The translations under genes were made by a program, and so were the position numbers. This document shows, piece after piece, positions 1 through 11,256 of a stretch of 64,000 bases of DNA. Location of the stretch: assembly GCA_030704615.1 (NCBI GenBank), contig CM060732.1:31062001-31126000 (forward strand), given 5' to 3'. How positions within the stretch are numbered: position 1 is the stretch's first letter; the number at the start of each line of letters is the position of its first letter. Source of the DNA: Takakia lepidozioides (taxonomy: Eukaryota; Plantae; Bryophyta). The notes below the pieces were generated by a model. The model saw only the letters and a program-made list of their open reading frames with translations. It ran no database searches and was not told where the DNA came from.

Positions 1-758
1 TTGTTTGACAGAAAACATACATAGACAACCGTGACGTGTTGTTTCTGCATGCCTCACTTTGTTTCGTCTTTTTTTGCGACGCTTAGGTGCTCCTTCAACT
101 TCTTCTTTCAATGCCGGTGGTGGTGAAACATCCAATTCTCTTGCATTGCATCGATCATCTTCCGGTCCCCATGCACAATGGTACTTACAACATCATATTG
201 CATATCGTTTTGTATTTCATATGTAAATACACATATCTAACTAGTTACTATATGTACAACCTTCTCGTAACATAAGTATGACAAATAAATCAGGTATTCA
301 CCTGCAATGAAATAGAAAATTGAAGCAAATCTATGCTTGAAGTCTTAAACTCTAAATGCAAGTTTTGTGTCAAATGACCTTTAGATACGTACTAAACTGA
401 CAAAATTCAAATAACAAACAAACTACAATGCATGCACATGTTTGTCACTCATCGATACAATTATCAAAGAAATATATGAACTTGAAACTCACCATGTATG
501 AGAAATGTAGTTCTCAATTGTGACGTGTAGGGGTGTAGACTTGTTCTTTCTTGTCTTTGTTGTACGGAAAGTGGTTGGTGCATTAGGGTTTTGACTCTCT
601 CCATCCTTGAAATCATCAACTCGATGCATTGGAATGTAAGCAACCATGCAATGTACTGATTTGCCTTGCCCCCATCGTGTGTCAGGAGACCAATGTAAAT
701 CCTCAGCTCTAAACACCTTCTTGCTTGGATTTTGTACCTCTAATCCCCATTGAGCCAT
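1..758 (-). CDS. N-terminal part of a plant SWIM zinc-finger family (transposase-derived-like) protein; runs off the window; possibly decayed
   Basis: Exon 758-493 reads MAQWGLEVQNPSKKVFRAEDLHWS...AYIPMHRVDDFKDGESQNPNAPTTF and ends at a GTGAG donor. The next exon (~184-1) reads YHCAWGPEDD...RHGCLCMFSVKQ. These match the recalled LPVQNP / IP.RVDDF..GE / YWCSFGPDD / RGC.C.F.VK motifs of the Arabidopsis AT4G13970/AT1G60560-type family. The in-frame acceptor reads AA rather than AG. Confidence 0.65.
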
Positions 759-1353
759 TGCATTAGAGATAGATGAGGGCAAATCAAAACTAAGTAAAGC
801 CCTAAACACACTAATCCAAGACAAAAGGACGTGAGTAGCTCGTCGAGCTACTCACAGGCTGAGGTGTAGGTAGGCGCCGTGCGACGGGCGGGCGGGCATG
901 TGGGCGGACGAGCGGGCGGGCCTTGGAGGGGCGGGCTGTGCAGGCGGGGCGGGGCGGGGCAGAGGGGCGCGGAACGGGGCACGTGAAACGAGGGCGAGGC
1001 TTTGGAGGCAGGCGGGCTGCCTTCAATGAGGGCAGCCTTAAATGCAAGGTGTGGGGCCCAAACCAAGGGGTCTACGTGGGGACCGGAAGCGGGCGCATTA
1101 ATAGCCTGGCTACAAAGGATTCCGGGGCGCCTTCTGTAATGCTTCATCTTTCCCTAACTTCTGAAAGTGAAAGTTTACTTTTTTTTTTTCAAAATTTGTT
1201 TAAAAAAAAACAAACGAAAAAAAAAAAAAAAAAAAACTATCAGGATTCGGAAGGATACACACATTTCTGGTCATTTTTCACCTTTCAATGACCAATTGAC
1301 CCCCGCCTTGATTATCATAAATTGTTCTTTTTCGTGCTGCAGGAGGGAGAGAT

Positions 1354-4300
1354 TTATTTTCGCCGTTTTGTAAGATAACAGAGTTTGAGGCCCTTCACGC
1401 CCTGATTGCAGAACTGGCAAACCTTCAAACACCTAATCAATGCTTTCTGCCTCTGGGAACTTTCTTCCGGCTTCTTCCTTGATATTTGCTGACAAGTGAT
1501 TCTGAGCATGCTGAGTTTTGCCAAGAAGCGCAAAGTAGGTGAAGTGTGGGGTGGCAATGCAGAGATCCACGCATTTTGAAGATCTTGGATGAATTGTGGA
1601 TCCTTGAGGATGGATGGGTTCAATTTAAAGAAGCCCCTCCCCCGCACCCTGCAGCCCGGTGCATTGAGCAGCAATTGAATTGCGGCATGATCAAACCCTG
1701 GCTGAATCGGCTCAATTTGAGTTCTCTTGGACCAGCCAATAAGGGAGGTTGTGCAGTAAAACCTGTCCAGGCGGGCCTGGCATAAATCTGGTGGCACCCT
1801 GTTATTGGACCAGGTAAACTTAAGCTCCCCGATACTTGGAGCGGTTGCATCCAACAAACCAACAGTCAAACAAAGTGAGTCCCAGGCATCTGTTGCTGCT
1901 GGTGAGAGACCGTGAGCAGACTAACCAAGTCTATCTACTTCATGCTCTACCATATTAAAATCGCCCCGCACAATCCAGTGCTGGATCTGTGGATGCTGAA
2001 GCATTTTGTCCTTGATTTGATTCCAGAGAAGCACTCTTTCATCCTCCTCATTAGGGGCATAAATGTTCAACAGTCCCACACTGCCCAAAGATTGACCCAT
2101 GTTCAAAACCAGAAATTGGACTCGACCTTGGACCCAAACATCATTTGAAAGGATAGACTGAGCAAGAGGAGGGGACACCAAGATTGCGGTACCCCCTCTC
2201 GAATTAATGACAGAGGGGTTCCAGAAGACACTTGGTGTTGGCCAGAACCCTAAGGAGGTGATTTTATTAATATCTAGCTTATGTTCTTGTAAGAAAAGGA
2301 TGTTGGAGGCTTGCAAAAAAGTGGAGGCCCAAGTTCTGATCTTTGCCCTTTTTGGGGCAGATTGGTAACCTCTCACATTCGAGGAGGAGAGGGAGAGGCT
2401 CATGACGGAGATTGAGGTAGGCCCGTGGGGTAAGCACGAATTGATGGCCAAATTGGTTTGAAGAAGTACCTTGTCCGCCTATCTATTGGAGGCAGGGTGG
2501 AAACCCACTTGAAGCCCTCCGGTGGGGTAGACAATTCAGGAAGTTTCCAGGTAAACACTGTTCTGGATCTCTTTCTTTTGCATTTTGACCTAGCAAGGTA
2601 AATTGGTTTCCCCCTTCTCTGAAATGAGTAAGATTTTTGGCATTCAGATTGCAGGCCAGGGTGGAAGAGAGAGAGAGGAGGTGAGAGGGAGAGGAGGGGA
2701 GGTCGCTACTACCCCACCCTGGGAGTAGTCTCTGCGAAGAAGGGTGAGTATCTATCAACAGAGTCCAAACTCTCTTGTGCTCAGAAACATGAGGCGTAAA
2801 GAAAATGAGGGGGGAGCAAGCAAGAGAATCCAGCTTGCTTACCGCTGGTGGAGACTCGACTGTCTCCTCTGGCAGTAGGAGCGTAATTGTGGGGTCCAGT
2901 GGCGCATTTGAAGAGCCATTGACTTGGTTATAAATCCTCAGCACCAGCTCCCTGTTCGTGTTCAGCTCTGGGGTGGGGGTTGTGATCTTCGTCTTATGCA
3001 TTTCGTAGTGTTCATCCACGAATTTTTGACCGACCTCCATGATTTTTTTACTTCTCGCCCACTCATTGGGATCCTTGACCCTGCATGACAGTTAGGTCTT
3101 ACACACCCATAACCACGAGTTATGATTCCTTGTCGTGTCTACATCTATGTTGTAGATAACAGGTAGATAACAGGCATGATATGAACAATTGCCAAGTCAG
3201 CGTGAGAGACATCATGCTCAACCATGATTCCTATGTGCTGAATGTGAGAGAGCGAGAGGTTCAGTTTAGGAAAATATTCCTGAAGAATCTATTGAGTGAG
3301 GGCCAGAATGATTTTCTTCCTTGCCAACGCCAAACTCATTGGCAATTGCCTCCGAGACCCAAGCTGATTGAAATCCATCCTTTACGGCTGATAGAAAGAA
3401 TGTTGTGTAGTCATCGATGAATGCATACAGCAGGGGGGTGATGCAGATCGCCGCTTGGTCTCTGGCAAAGGAGGTGTCGGGCTCTCATCCTGGGAACGGT
3501 CTGGATTTGAACCAATGAAGTTCCAAAAAGGTGATGGCCAAGCTGTTGCTGTCTAACTGGAGCAGCTCTGACTGTGTGAAGGGGAAAGATGCCCACGCCT
3601 CCATAATTCTCACTGGGAAGAAAGCAGAGGGTCGATTTGGGTGCTTCCAAGTTGTGATTTCTACATTCTGCTTCCTTTTTTTGGTAGTGTACAACTCCTC
3701 AATGTCCATGACCATGGCCTGCCCATTTGAATCAAAATGGTTAAGGCCACCTTCCTGCTGGGGGTCATTCCTGGGGTGACTGGATCCAGACTCCTTGATT
3801 GTTCCTTCATGTTTCTTTGATCCCTTCAGAATCGGGCAATCTACCTTGACATGCCCTTCAGCGTGGCAGTGGAAGCATATGACTGATAGCACTTCTTCCT
3901 TAATCGCCACTACAATGTATGAGTCATCGATCGTGGGCAGCTTGATGGAAGAGCCTATTGTAGCATTGGCAGGCATTAGAACAACCAGTTTTGGCACTCC
4001 ATGATCTGAGTTGTAATCATACTGAATTGCTTCATTATCAACACTCAAGACTTGATCTTGCACTGGCTCATACACATTTATGGCACCTATGTATGTACTA
4101 AAGCTTGCTCCGATCTCGGGGAGCAAGGTGAGGTACGTTGGAGGCAGAAATGGGATGACTATCAGACGCGGTTTCCACATGATACCCTTCTTGTGCCCCC
4201 AGTCTTGGGTCCAGGGGAAGATAAAAACCCTCGCCGAGGATCGCTGAGTGTTGAAACGAACAGCCTTATTAGCATCTGTGGAGGAACCAAACAGGATGGC

Positions 4301-5476
4301 ATAGAAGCCCTTGCCCATGGACAAGCAGAAGTGTTGCGCGAGTCCTCCCTCTGCACCGAGATGTTCATCCACCCAACGTCTGATCCATGCACGGGGATGT
4401 AGTTTGCCAGCGAAGTAAAGCAAAATGCCTCTCTGCGATAACTTTTGTGCTTGTGCTATCATTTTATCCTTGTTGAGGGTGAGAACTGGCTGTTCTGATT
4501 CAGCTGACACTACTATGTCTTCCCAGAGCACTTCTGCAGGTGCTGGGGAGGGATGGGGGAGGACTGCTACGCTCGGACCTTTACCCAGAATGGAACCTCC
4601 CGTCAAATCCATAGAGGTGGTTTTCGTGATCCACGTTTGGTTTTTGCCCATGCTTGAGTGCGATGCACCGCCGCGCTTGCTTCATTTGGAGCTTTCCCCT
4701 ATGGAGGCCATGAGTGCCAGACAGAAGATCTCTGCTTAACAAGATAGCACGATACAAACAAGCTGAGAATGCAGGGGTAAACAGAGAAAGGATGGCGATA
4801 GGCCTGTAGAACTGAGAATTCACAGGGCCATGATAGACAAGTAAGCAAACAAGAGAGATTTGAGAAGCGGAACTGGCAAAAACTTCACCACAAGACATCG
4901 GTGGAATGCCAATGCATAGAGTTCACCCTTGGTTTTGGACACTTCCCTTTGAGGCATTGGAATGTGTGAAGGGAGTAAAGACTGTCAAGTCTCTTTGCCA
5001 AAGGAGCCATTTTGCCATCAATCATAAAGCGAGCTGTCTTGTTGAATCACCTGCGGAGTAAAGGAAGCCTTCATTTTCTGCCACACTTTTCTGCCAGGAG
5101 TTTGTTTGGCAGTTTTGTCTTGCCAGAGATGCACAATGCGCCGCATAGCCAAGGGCGGCTCATAAACGTAGCAGAGGAAAAGGCGGGAGAGTGGAGATGA
5201 GTAAACATGTGAGAGCTGGCATAAAGCGCAGCATTGAGAATTTGTGACGAATGCTTTAAGTTCAGCAGAGACACTTAGGTAAGAATGCATAAGTGAAATG
5301 TGGGGATGATGAAAGCAGTGAGTATGGCCCACTACCATCTGCTTCCATTGCATTACCCATTAGCAGGATCATAGGAGGAGGGGAGAGGGTGGGAGGAAGA
5401 GAGGCGAGAGGGGGTGGAAAATGGCTAAGTCCCCAGGCGCATTCATCGCAAACTGCAGAGCCCCGGGGCACCTGAC
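1354..5476 (-). mobile_element. L1-clade LINE, 5' half (5'UTR, ORF1, endonuclease part of ORF2), minus strand
   Basis: ORF1 3485-4651 has a DUF4283-like region and a zinc knuckle (CFHCHAEGHVKVDC). An APE endonuclease lies at 1921-2451 and 1354-1869 (SSNVRG, FLQEHK, LNIYAPN, GDFN, RLDRFY, DH). The 5' motif at ~5417-5460 matches 37427-37470 of the second copy. Confidence 0.9.
3485..4651 (-). pseudogene. LINE ORF1 (gag-like, CCHC zinc knuckle), interrupted by stops downstream
   Basis: Contains CX2CX4HX4C knuckle CFHCHAEGHVKVDC. Homologous to fragments at 36070-36700 (AQAQKL, GKGFYAILF / GRGFYAVLF, IPFLPPTY). Confidence 0.85.
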
Positions 5477-5589
5477 ATTCCGATACGTCGCAATTATATC
5501 TATTTTTCTTAAAAGAGATCCGGCATGGTATTACATATGTATCATATTTGGGTATATCATTTTAAAATAATGTGTATCATTTTGAAATT

Positions 5590-8500
5590 TGGGTTGTCAA
5601 AGCAGCTCAAAGGAGAAACGCCACATTGGTACCTGCGCTGAAAGATCCAACCGCAGGGCTGCTGGTTGACAACCCAAAATCCATGGCGGGGGTTGCTGCA
5701 AATTATTTCCAAAAGTTGTTTTTGTCAACAGCAGCCCTCACAGGAAAAAGACCAGGCTAGAGCTACACTCATACAACATATTCCATGCCTCGTATCACAA
5801 AGGGACAAAACAGCGCTGGCTTCTCCCCTTGCAGTGGAGGAGCTGGGCTTGGCAGTGCAGAATGGCGTCAATGAAATCACCTGGGTTAGATGGGCTCCCC
5901 ATAGAATTGTTCAAGGCATTGTGGGGCACAATTGGTGATGAATTCCTCCTAATGGCCAATGACATCCTGGAGAAAAAAATGATGCCTTCCTAGATCTCAG
6001 AAGGTCTCATTACTGTCATCTTTAAGAAAGGAGAAACGGATAACATGGCCAACTATAGACCGATCACTCTCCTAAACTCCACCTACAAGATAATAGCCAA
6101 GGTGCTGGCTCTCAGGTTGCAACCTCTCCTCCCCAACATCATCAGGCAGGATCAAACAAGATTCTTACAAGACATGATGATCCTTGATAATATATTGCTT
6201 GCTCATGAGGCCCTCCATAGAGCTGAGGTAAACAATCAACCACTAGCCTTCCTTATATTGGACTTCGAAAAGGCATTTGATTCTATCGATTGGACATTCT
6301 TATTGCAAGCTCTAGAAAAGACAGGGCTAGATGGGCCTTTCCTTACTTGGGTGCACATCCTACTTCACTCAGCCTCAAGTAGAGTGATGATCAACGGGGT
6401 CATCTCTGGTTCCTTCCCAATTTCAAGATCTGTGAAGCAAGGGTGCCCCTTGGCACCCTTCCTTTTTCTCATAGCTGCGGACTTGCTCGGACACCTTCTG
6501 GACCACAGGCCAGACATTGTAGGGTTGCACCTCCCAACTTACCGCCCCGAAATGCTCAAGATATCCATGTGCGCAAATGACACAACCATGCTGCTTGACA
6601 ACTCATCGCAGGGTAATATTGATAGAGCATTGCAAGCCCTTCACACTTTCTGCTTGGGAACATGCTTGAAGGTCAATTGGAACAAGTCAGTGGGAATTTT
6701 GTCATTACTGCAGAATGGAGGTCTTGCCACTCATTGCCAACCATGGGGTCATGACATTGGATTAAGATGGCTCAGGGAGGGTGAAAACCATATGCTGTTG
6801 GGCCACCAGATGGGCCTAAAACTCACGCTGCAAACCATCATGAAAGGGGTCATGCAAAAGCTCAAAGCAAAATTGGCATATTGGAGCTCTATTATGCAAT
6901 CCATCGTGGGAAGTGCCTTGGTGGCAAATCAAGTGTTGCTATCAACATCCTGGTTCTATTTTGCAGTCTGGGACCCAGGACCAGCGCTCGTCAAGGAAAT
7001 TAAAGCGCTCATACGTAACTTTATTTGGGGAGCCACCCCATCGACTCCAATCAGACGAGCCCCTGTCTCTTGGGACCAGCTGTGCCAAAAGAGAAGCCAG
7101 GGGGGATTGGGTATAATAGACCCCGGCTCGCAGATTAAGGCCTTATTGGCAAAGTGGGTGCCAAGAGCGATCAAGCACTACAACAGCCCATGGAGCAAGC
7201 TAGCTCAGCCATACCTCATGGGAGCTACACCCACATCCTCCCCCCTTTGGGTTTTCTCGCTGAGATGGATAGTGCAGGGCAGAAACGCAAATGTCAGGTT
7301 GGGCTCCAAACCTTGGCAATCAATCTGGAAAGCTTTGGCACACACTTAGAGGTAGTATTCTTTTCAGAAATGCCTACAATTTCATGGCAACGTGGAGGTG
7401 GCAGAACGTGCAGCAAGCTACCTTCTCAAGAGGTTTCCACAGGACGCTGCAACCTATGTGCTGCTATCGAATATCTATGCCTGCGGCTGGCAGATGGGAC
7501 GATACTGCAAAGGTCAGAAAGATGATGAGTGGCAAGGGCGTCCGAAAGGACCCAGGTTTCTCCTGCATTGACGTCAATAATCAGGTGCACACATTTGTTG
7601 TAGATGACAAATTGCATCCGCAAATAGAGGAAATTCTTGTGGAGCTAAAGAGATTGGCTGGGCAGATGAAGGAAGTTGGGTACATGCCTGATACTCGCTT
7701 TGTATTGCATGATGTGGAGGAGGAGCAAAAGGAATTGTCACTTTGCCACCACAGTGAGAAGCTGGCCATTGCTTTTGGGCTCATCAGCACATCCCATGGA
7801 ACGCCTCTCCTTGTCATCAAGAACAATGTGACCCTGTCAGGCTTCACCCCTTTCACTATAACATGGACTCTGATTCCTTGCTAAGGCAAACCCCCTCATG
7901 AGCCTTCTGGGAGGGACAGGGTTTTACGCACATTGCAGGCACCAGATCTGAGGGCCATTTCCTTCAAGAGGAGGACATAGTTGGAATAGTGGGGCGCAGA
8001 AGGTCATCAGCCTGGAACACAATCATCTCAGAGATCCCCCAGTTCATGCTCCCACTGCTAGATGAGACTAGGGACAATTGCACTCTCCCTGCTTGGATGA
8101 CATCTTATCAACGCAATCCTGTAACAGTGGCTCTGGAAATTCTTGACATGGAGGCCACATGATTGGGTTTCATATCGGACAGCGTTGGCAACCTCGCATA
8201 CTTCGGTGAAATAACATTGGACAAGTGGAACCTATACCATGTCAGGGTGCTAGATATGCTTGGAAATGCCAACCCCTTGCCGCCGCAGGGAATGGAAATT
8301 CAATGGGCTGTCTATCAATTGTTCACCCGGTTTCTCAAGTGTTCATTGGCAGATCTGCGATTTGATCCCTATGAGTGGAATTGGATGGACAAAAAGCATT
8401 CACCATTTTTCGCCTACAAGATCAAGCTGGGTTACTCTCTCATCAACCCTCCCCGTTCTTTTTTGGCAAGATGGTCTTCAAATGAAGCAATATGTAGTTC

Positions 8501-9626
8501 ACCCAGTCTAACTGGGCCAAAATTTGGAAGGACGTCTGGAGGAAAGACAGGGCAGAAAAGGTCTCAGGTTTCCTATGGAAATTGACCCATAGAATCCTGC
8601 CAGTCAAGCTAACCACAGACCAAGACAATCCTACCTAGTGCCCTCTCTGTCTGTCAGAACCAGAGTCCATTGAACATTGCCTGTTGTCTTGCAATTTCTC
8701 GGGTAGTATCTAGAGAAAGGTTTTGGGGTTCTACTCTCATTGGGTCACCTACCCCTCCCCTCCTCCTCAGTCTTTGTTGCTTCTCAACATGGTGCCAGGT
8801 CAGGCGCAAACTCTCTGTCCAGTGTGTGCCTCGCTCAGAGCTCATACTTTATGGAATATCTGGAAGTCAAGGTGTTCATATGTCTATGAGGGCAAGCCCC
8901 CCAAAGGCAGATCTGTCTTGTTCCACACTTTCATGATCTGTTGACTGAGGGGAGAAAAGCGTGGGATTCATTGTGTGTAGCTATTTCCAGATCTTCTGAA
9001 CAACGAGGAAGGAAGCTATTTCAAGATTTCATGCAGTCCTGGGGCAAAGACAACCTGCTCAACACCAGTCTTCCCGACATGATTGGAAAGACTCCATCCC
9101 CACTCAATGGGAGGTCCCCTGGTGATGGGGAGGAGGCTGATTACAACTGCGTCACAAGAGAGCTCGAGTTCCAAAGTTAAAAACTCAACTGAAGTTCTGA
9201 ATCTGAAGCACCAATCGCTCGCCTCTCGGTTTGTAGCATCTGTAGCTCTGAACTCGCAGGCTGGAGCATCCCCCTCTAGTGGGCCTTTCTGCCTCCCCTC
9301 TTCTCGGTTCTAAAGCAGCTTACATTGTTCTTAGTGGCTCAGTAGCTGCAGCAGGGTTTCCTCTGCTTTGTTTGTTCTTACGCCATGTTCTACCCCCCCT
9401 CTTAGCATTTCAATTCCCTTCAAACACTAAAAAAACCCCCTCTGATCTCTCCTTCGCCTCTATTAGCTGATTTGCTACAATCACGGGGAAGTTTCTCCCT
9501 AGTAAGTCCTCATGGCCTCTACATTGGTTATTTTTTCCACTGATATGACTCTACTTTTATTTAATTTGATTAAAAGGGCCCCTATTCCCCTTTTATTTAA
9601 AATAAAATATAAAAATATAAAAATAT
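5590..9626 (+). mobile_element. L1-clade LINE, 3' half (RT, zf-RVT, 3'UTR, A-rich tail), plus strand
   Basis: RT motifs NYRPITLLN, LDFEKAFDS, QGCPLAPFLF and degenerate CANDT (YADD) in 6045-7349. C-terminal CPLC..EPESIEHCLLSC at ~8640-8690. The 3'UTR at 9470-9600 matches the reverse complement of 33550-33670 and ends in an A-rich tail. Confidence 0.92.
7380..7824 (+). pseudogene. PPR protein E/E+/DYW-domain fragment embedded in LINE ORF2
   Basis: Reads FHGNVEVAERAASYLL..PQDAATYVLLSNIYA/AAGRWD..KVRKMM..KDPGFSCIDVNNQVHTFVVDD..HPQ..GYMPDTRFVLHDVEEEQKE..HSEKLAIAFGLIST..PL.VIKN. It has one frameshift near 7480 and stops before the CxxC and DYW end. Confidence 0.92.
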
Positions 9627-11256
9627 TCCGGCATAAGCTCCACAAAGAACGTACCGTAGGCAGGTACGGTAGCTTCTATTGTAAAATGTAAAAGAATATG
9701 CTTATCAAGTGATATCATTAGGACCCTTTTTTTTTTTTGGTTTTAGGACTCACTGTGCCAAAATACCTATAAAATATTCTTAGAATTTTAGATTTTATAT
9801 AATATGAATTTCTCACAGCATTTCATCGTCATTTCGCATAGCAAACTTGACTCATGGGTTCAAATCCAAGTCCCCTGTTCTCAAAAAAAAAAAAAATCCA
9901 GACATGAAAGCTTCATCAGTCATTAGGGACATTGCTAGTCTCGCCTCCCTGGGCGTTGCAAGCTTAAATTTATTAGTGTTCTGACAGCGATGGATGTGAG
10001 AACAGTAGCAGTGAGAGGAAACGAGGTGTGTCTGGACGAGAGCTGGCCTTGCTGCTCATCATATGCAGTCGGCCTTCGCAATCAAGCTCACCAAACACAG
10101 AAGCCCACCATACACAGACTGTACGCCTGTAAATCATTGTGAATTTATTTCTCTTCTACCTGTTTGCCGGTATATTCCCTGCTTGATGATTGCCTACAAC
10201 ACGTGCGATCTGGCCGGGTCCTGGATCCAGATTCTAGGTGTTTTCACGAGACTTTTGAAATGCTGGTGCAGTTGATACTTGATACTTCCCATACTTATCC
10301 CAAAATGAATCATATCATGCTCTTGAGAATGGAAGACTCCGCGGCATTGCAGTGATTGCAGCAGAGATATAATTAGCAATGCAGGTTGAGGGGACACGGG
10401 CGACTTTGTCCTACATCGCGATTTTAATTTTCGTCCCAAGACTGGTCAACCATTATGACTGCACAATCATCATTTCTTGCACTAACTTATACCTAGTTCC
10501 GGGATCTGTACAAAGTCTGATGAGAGACGAGACGAGACATAATTTGGCATCGAGTTCAAGTTCGCAGTAATCAGCCGGCGTTCCTTTTATACCTATAGTG
10601 TCATCCATCTGACAGACTTTCACATAAAATTATGTTTATTTCATGTCTCAGATTCGCTTTCTCAGTACTGTTATACCCAGCTTGTTCAGACGTTCAGACC
10701 ATCTGTACAAGTCATCTGGTAACAACTTAAGTTAGATCACTCCTGTGTCTCTCTGACACGGGAGCTCAATCAGGAGTCTTGTCTCTGTGGCCTTCATCAG
10801 GCTGCGCTTGAAGGCCTCTTCATCGCGTCGTCAGCTGCAAATTGCAATGCAACGACATCGCAAGCGAGGCAGCTGCGGATTTGGAGTTTTCGGTGGAGGA
10901 ATGCGACCGCGTAATAAATGTAAGAGTAAATAAAATCAGGATAGTAATACGAAGTGTGTGATTCTCAGAGTTACCTCTCTTGTACTGCTGGTGGAATCTG
11001 CCCGGGGGCCCGTAGCTTTTACAAGGTACAGGTAGAATACGCCGAGGGGAAGCGCGGGCAGGATCGGGGATATTGGACGCTGCCCGCGGGCAGAGGAAAG
11101 GCGGGTAAGGAGCGAAGAGTGACAGGGCAGGTCGTTATCGCGGGGCTGCCAGCGACGCCATCGCTGCGCACCTACGCGCACAAACGCACACAGCGAGGGC
11201 GTGCTTGCCATTCTGCAAAGTGGGGGCAAGCTCGTCCCGCGCCTGCCCTTCTTGCA

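Noticed and set aside
811-1373. Pro/Arg/Gly-rich and poly-Lys ORFs
   Set aside because: Products of low-complexity GC-rich and poly-A sequence.
10954-11256. N-terminal extension of LOG in the 167-aa ORF
   Set aside because: It starts at a non-ATG codon, and LOG homology begins at ATG 11257; treated as 5'UTR.
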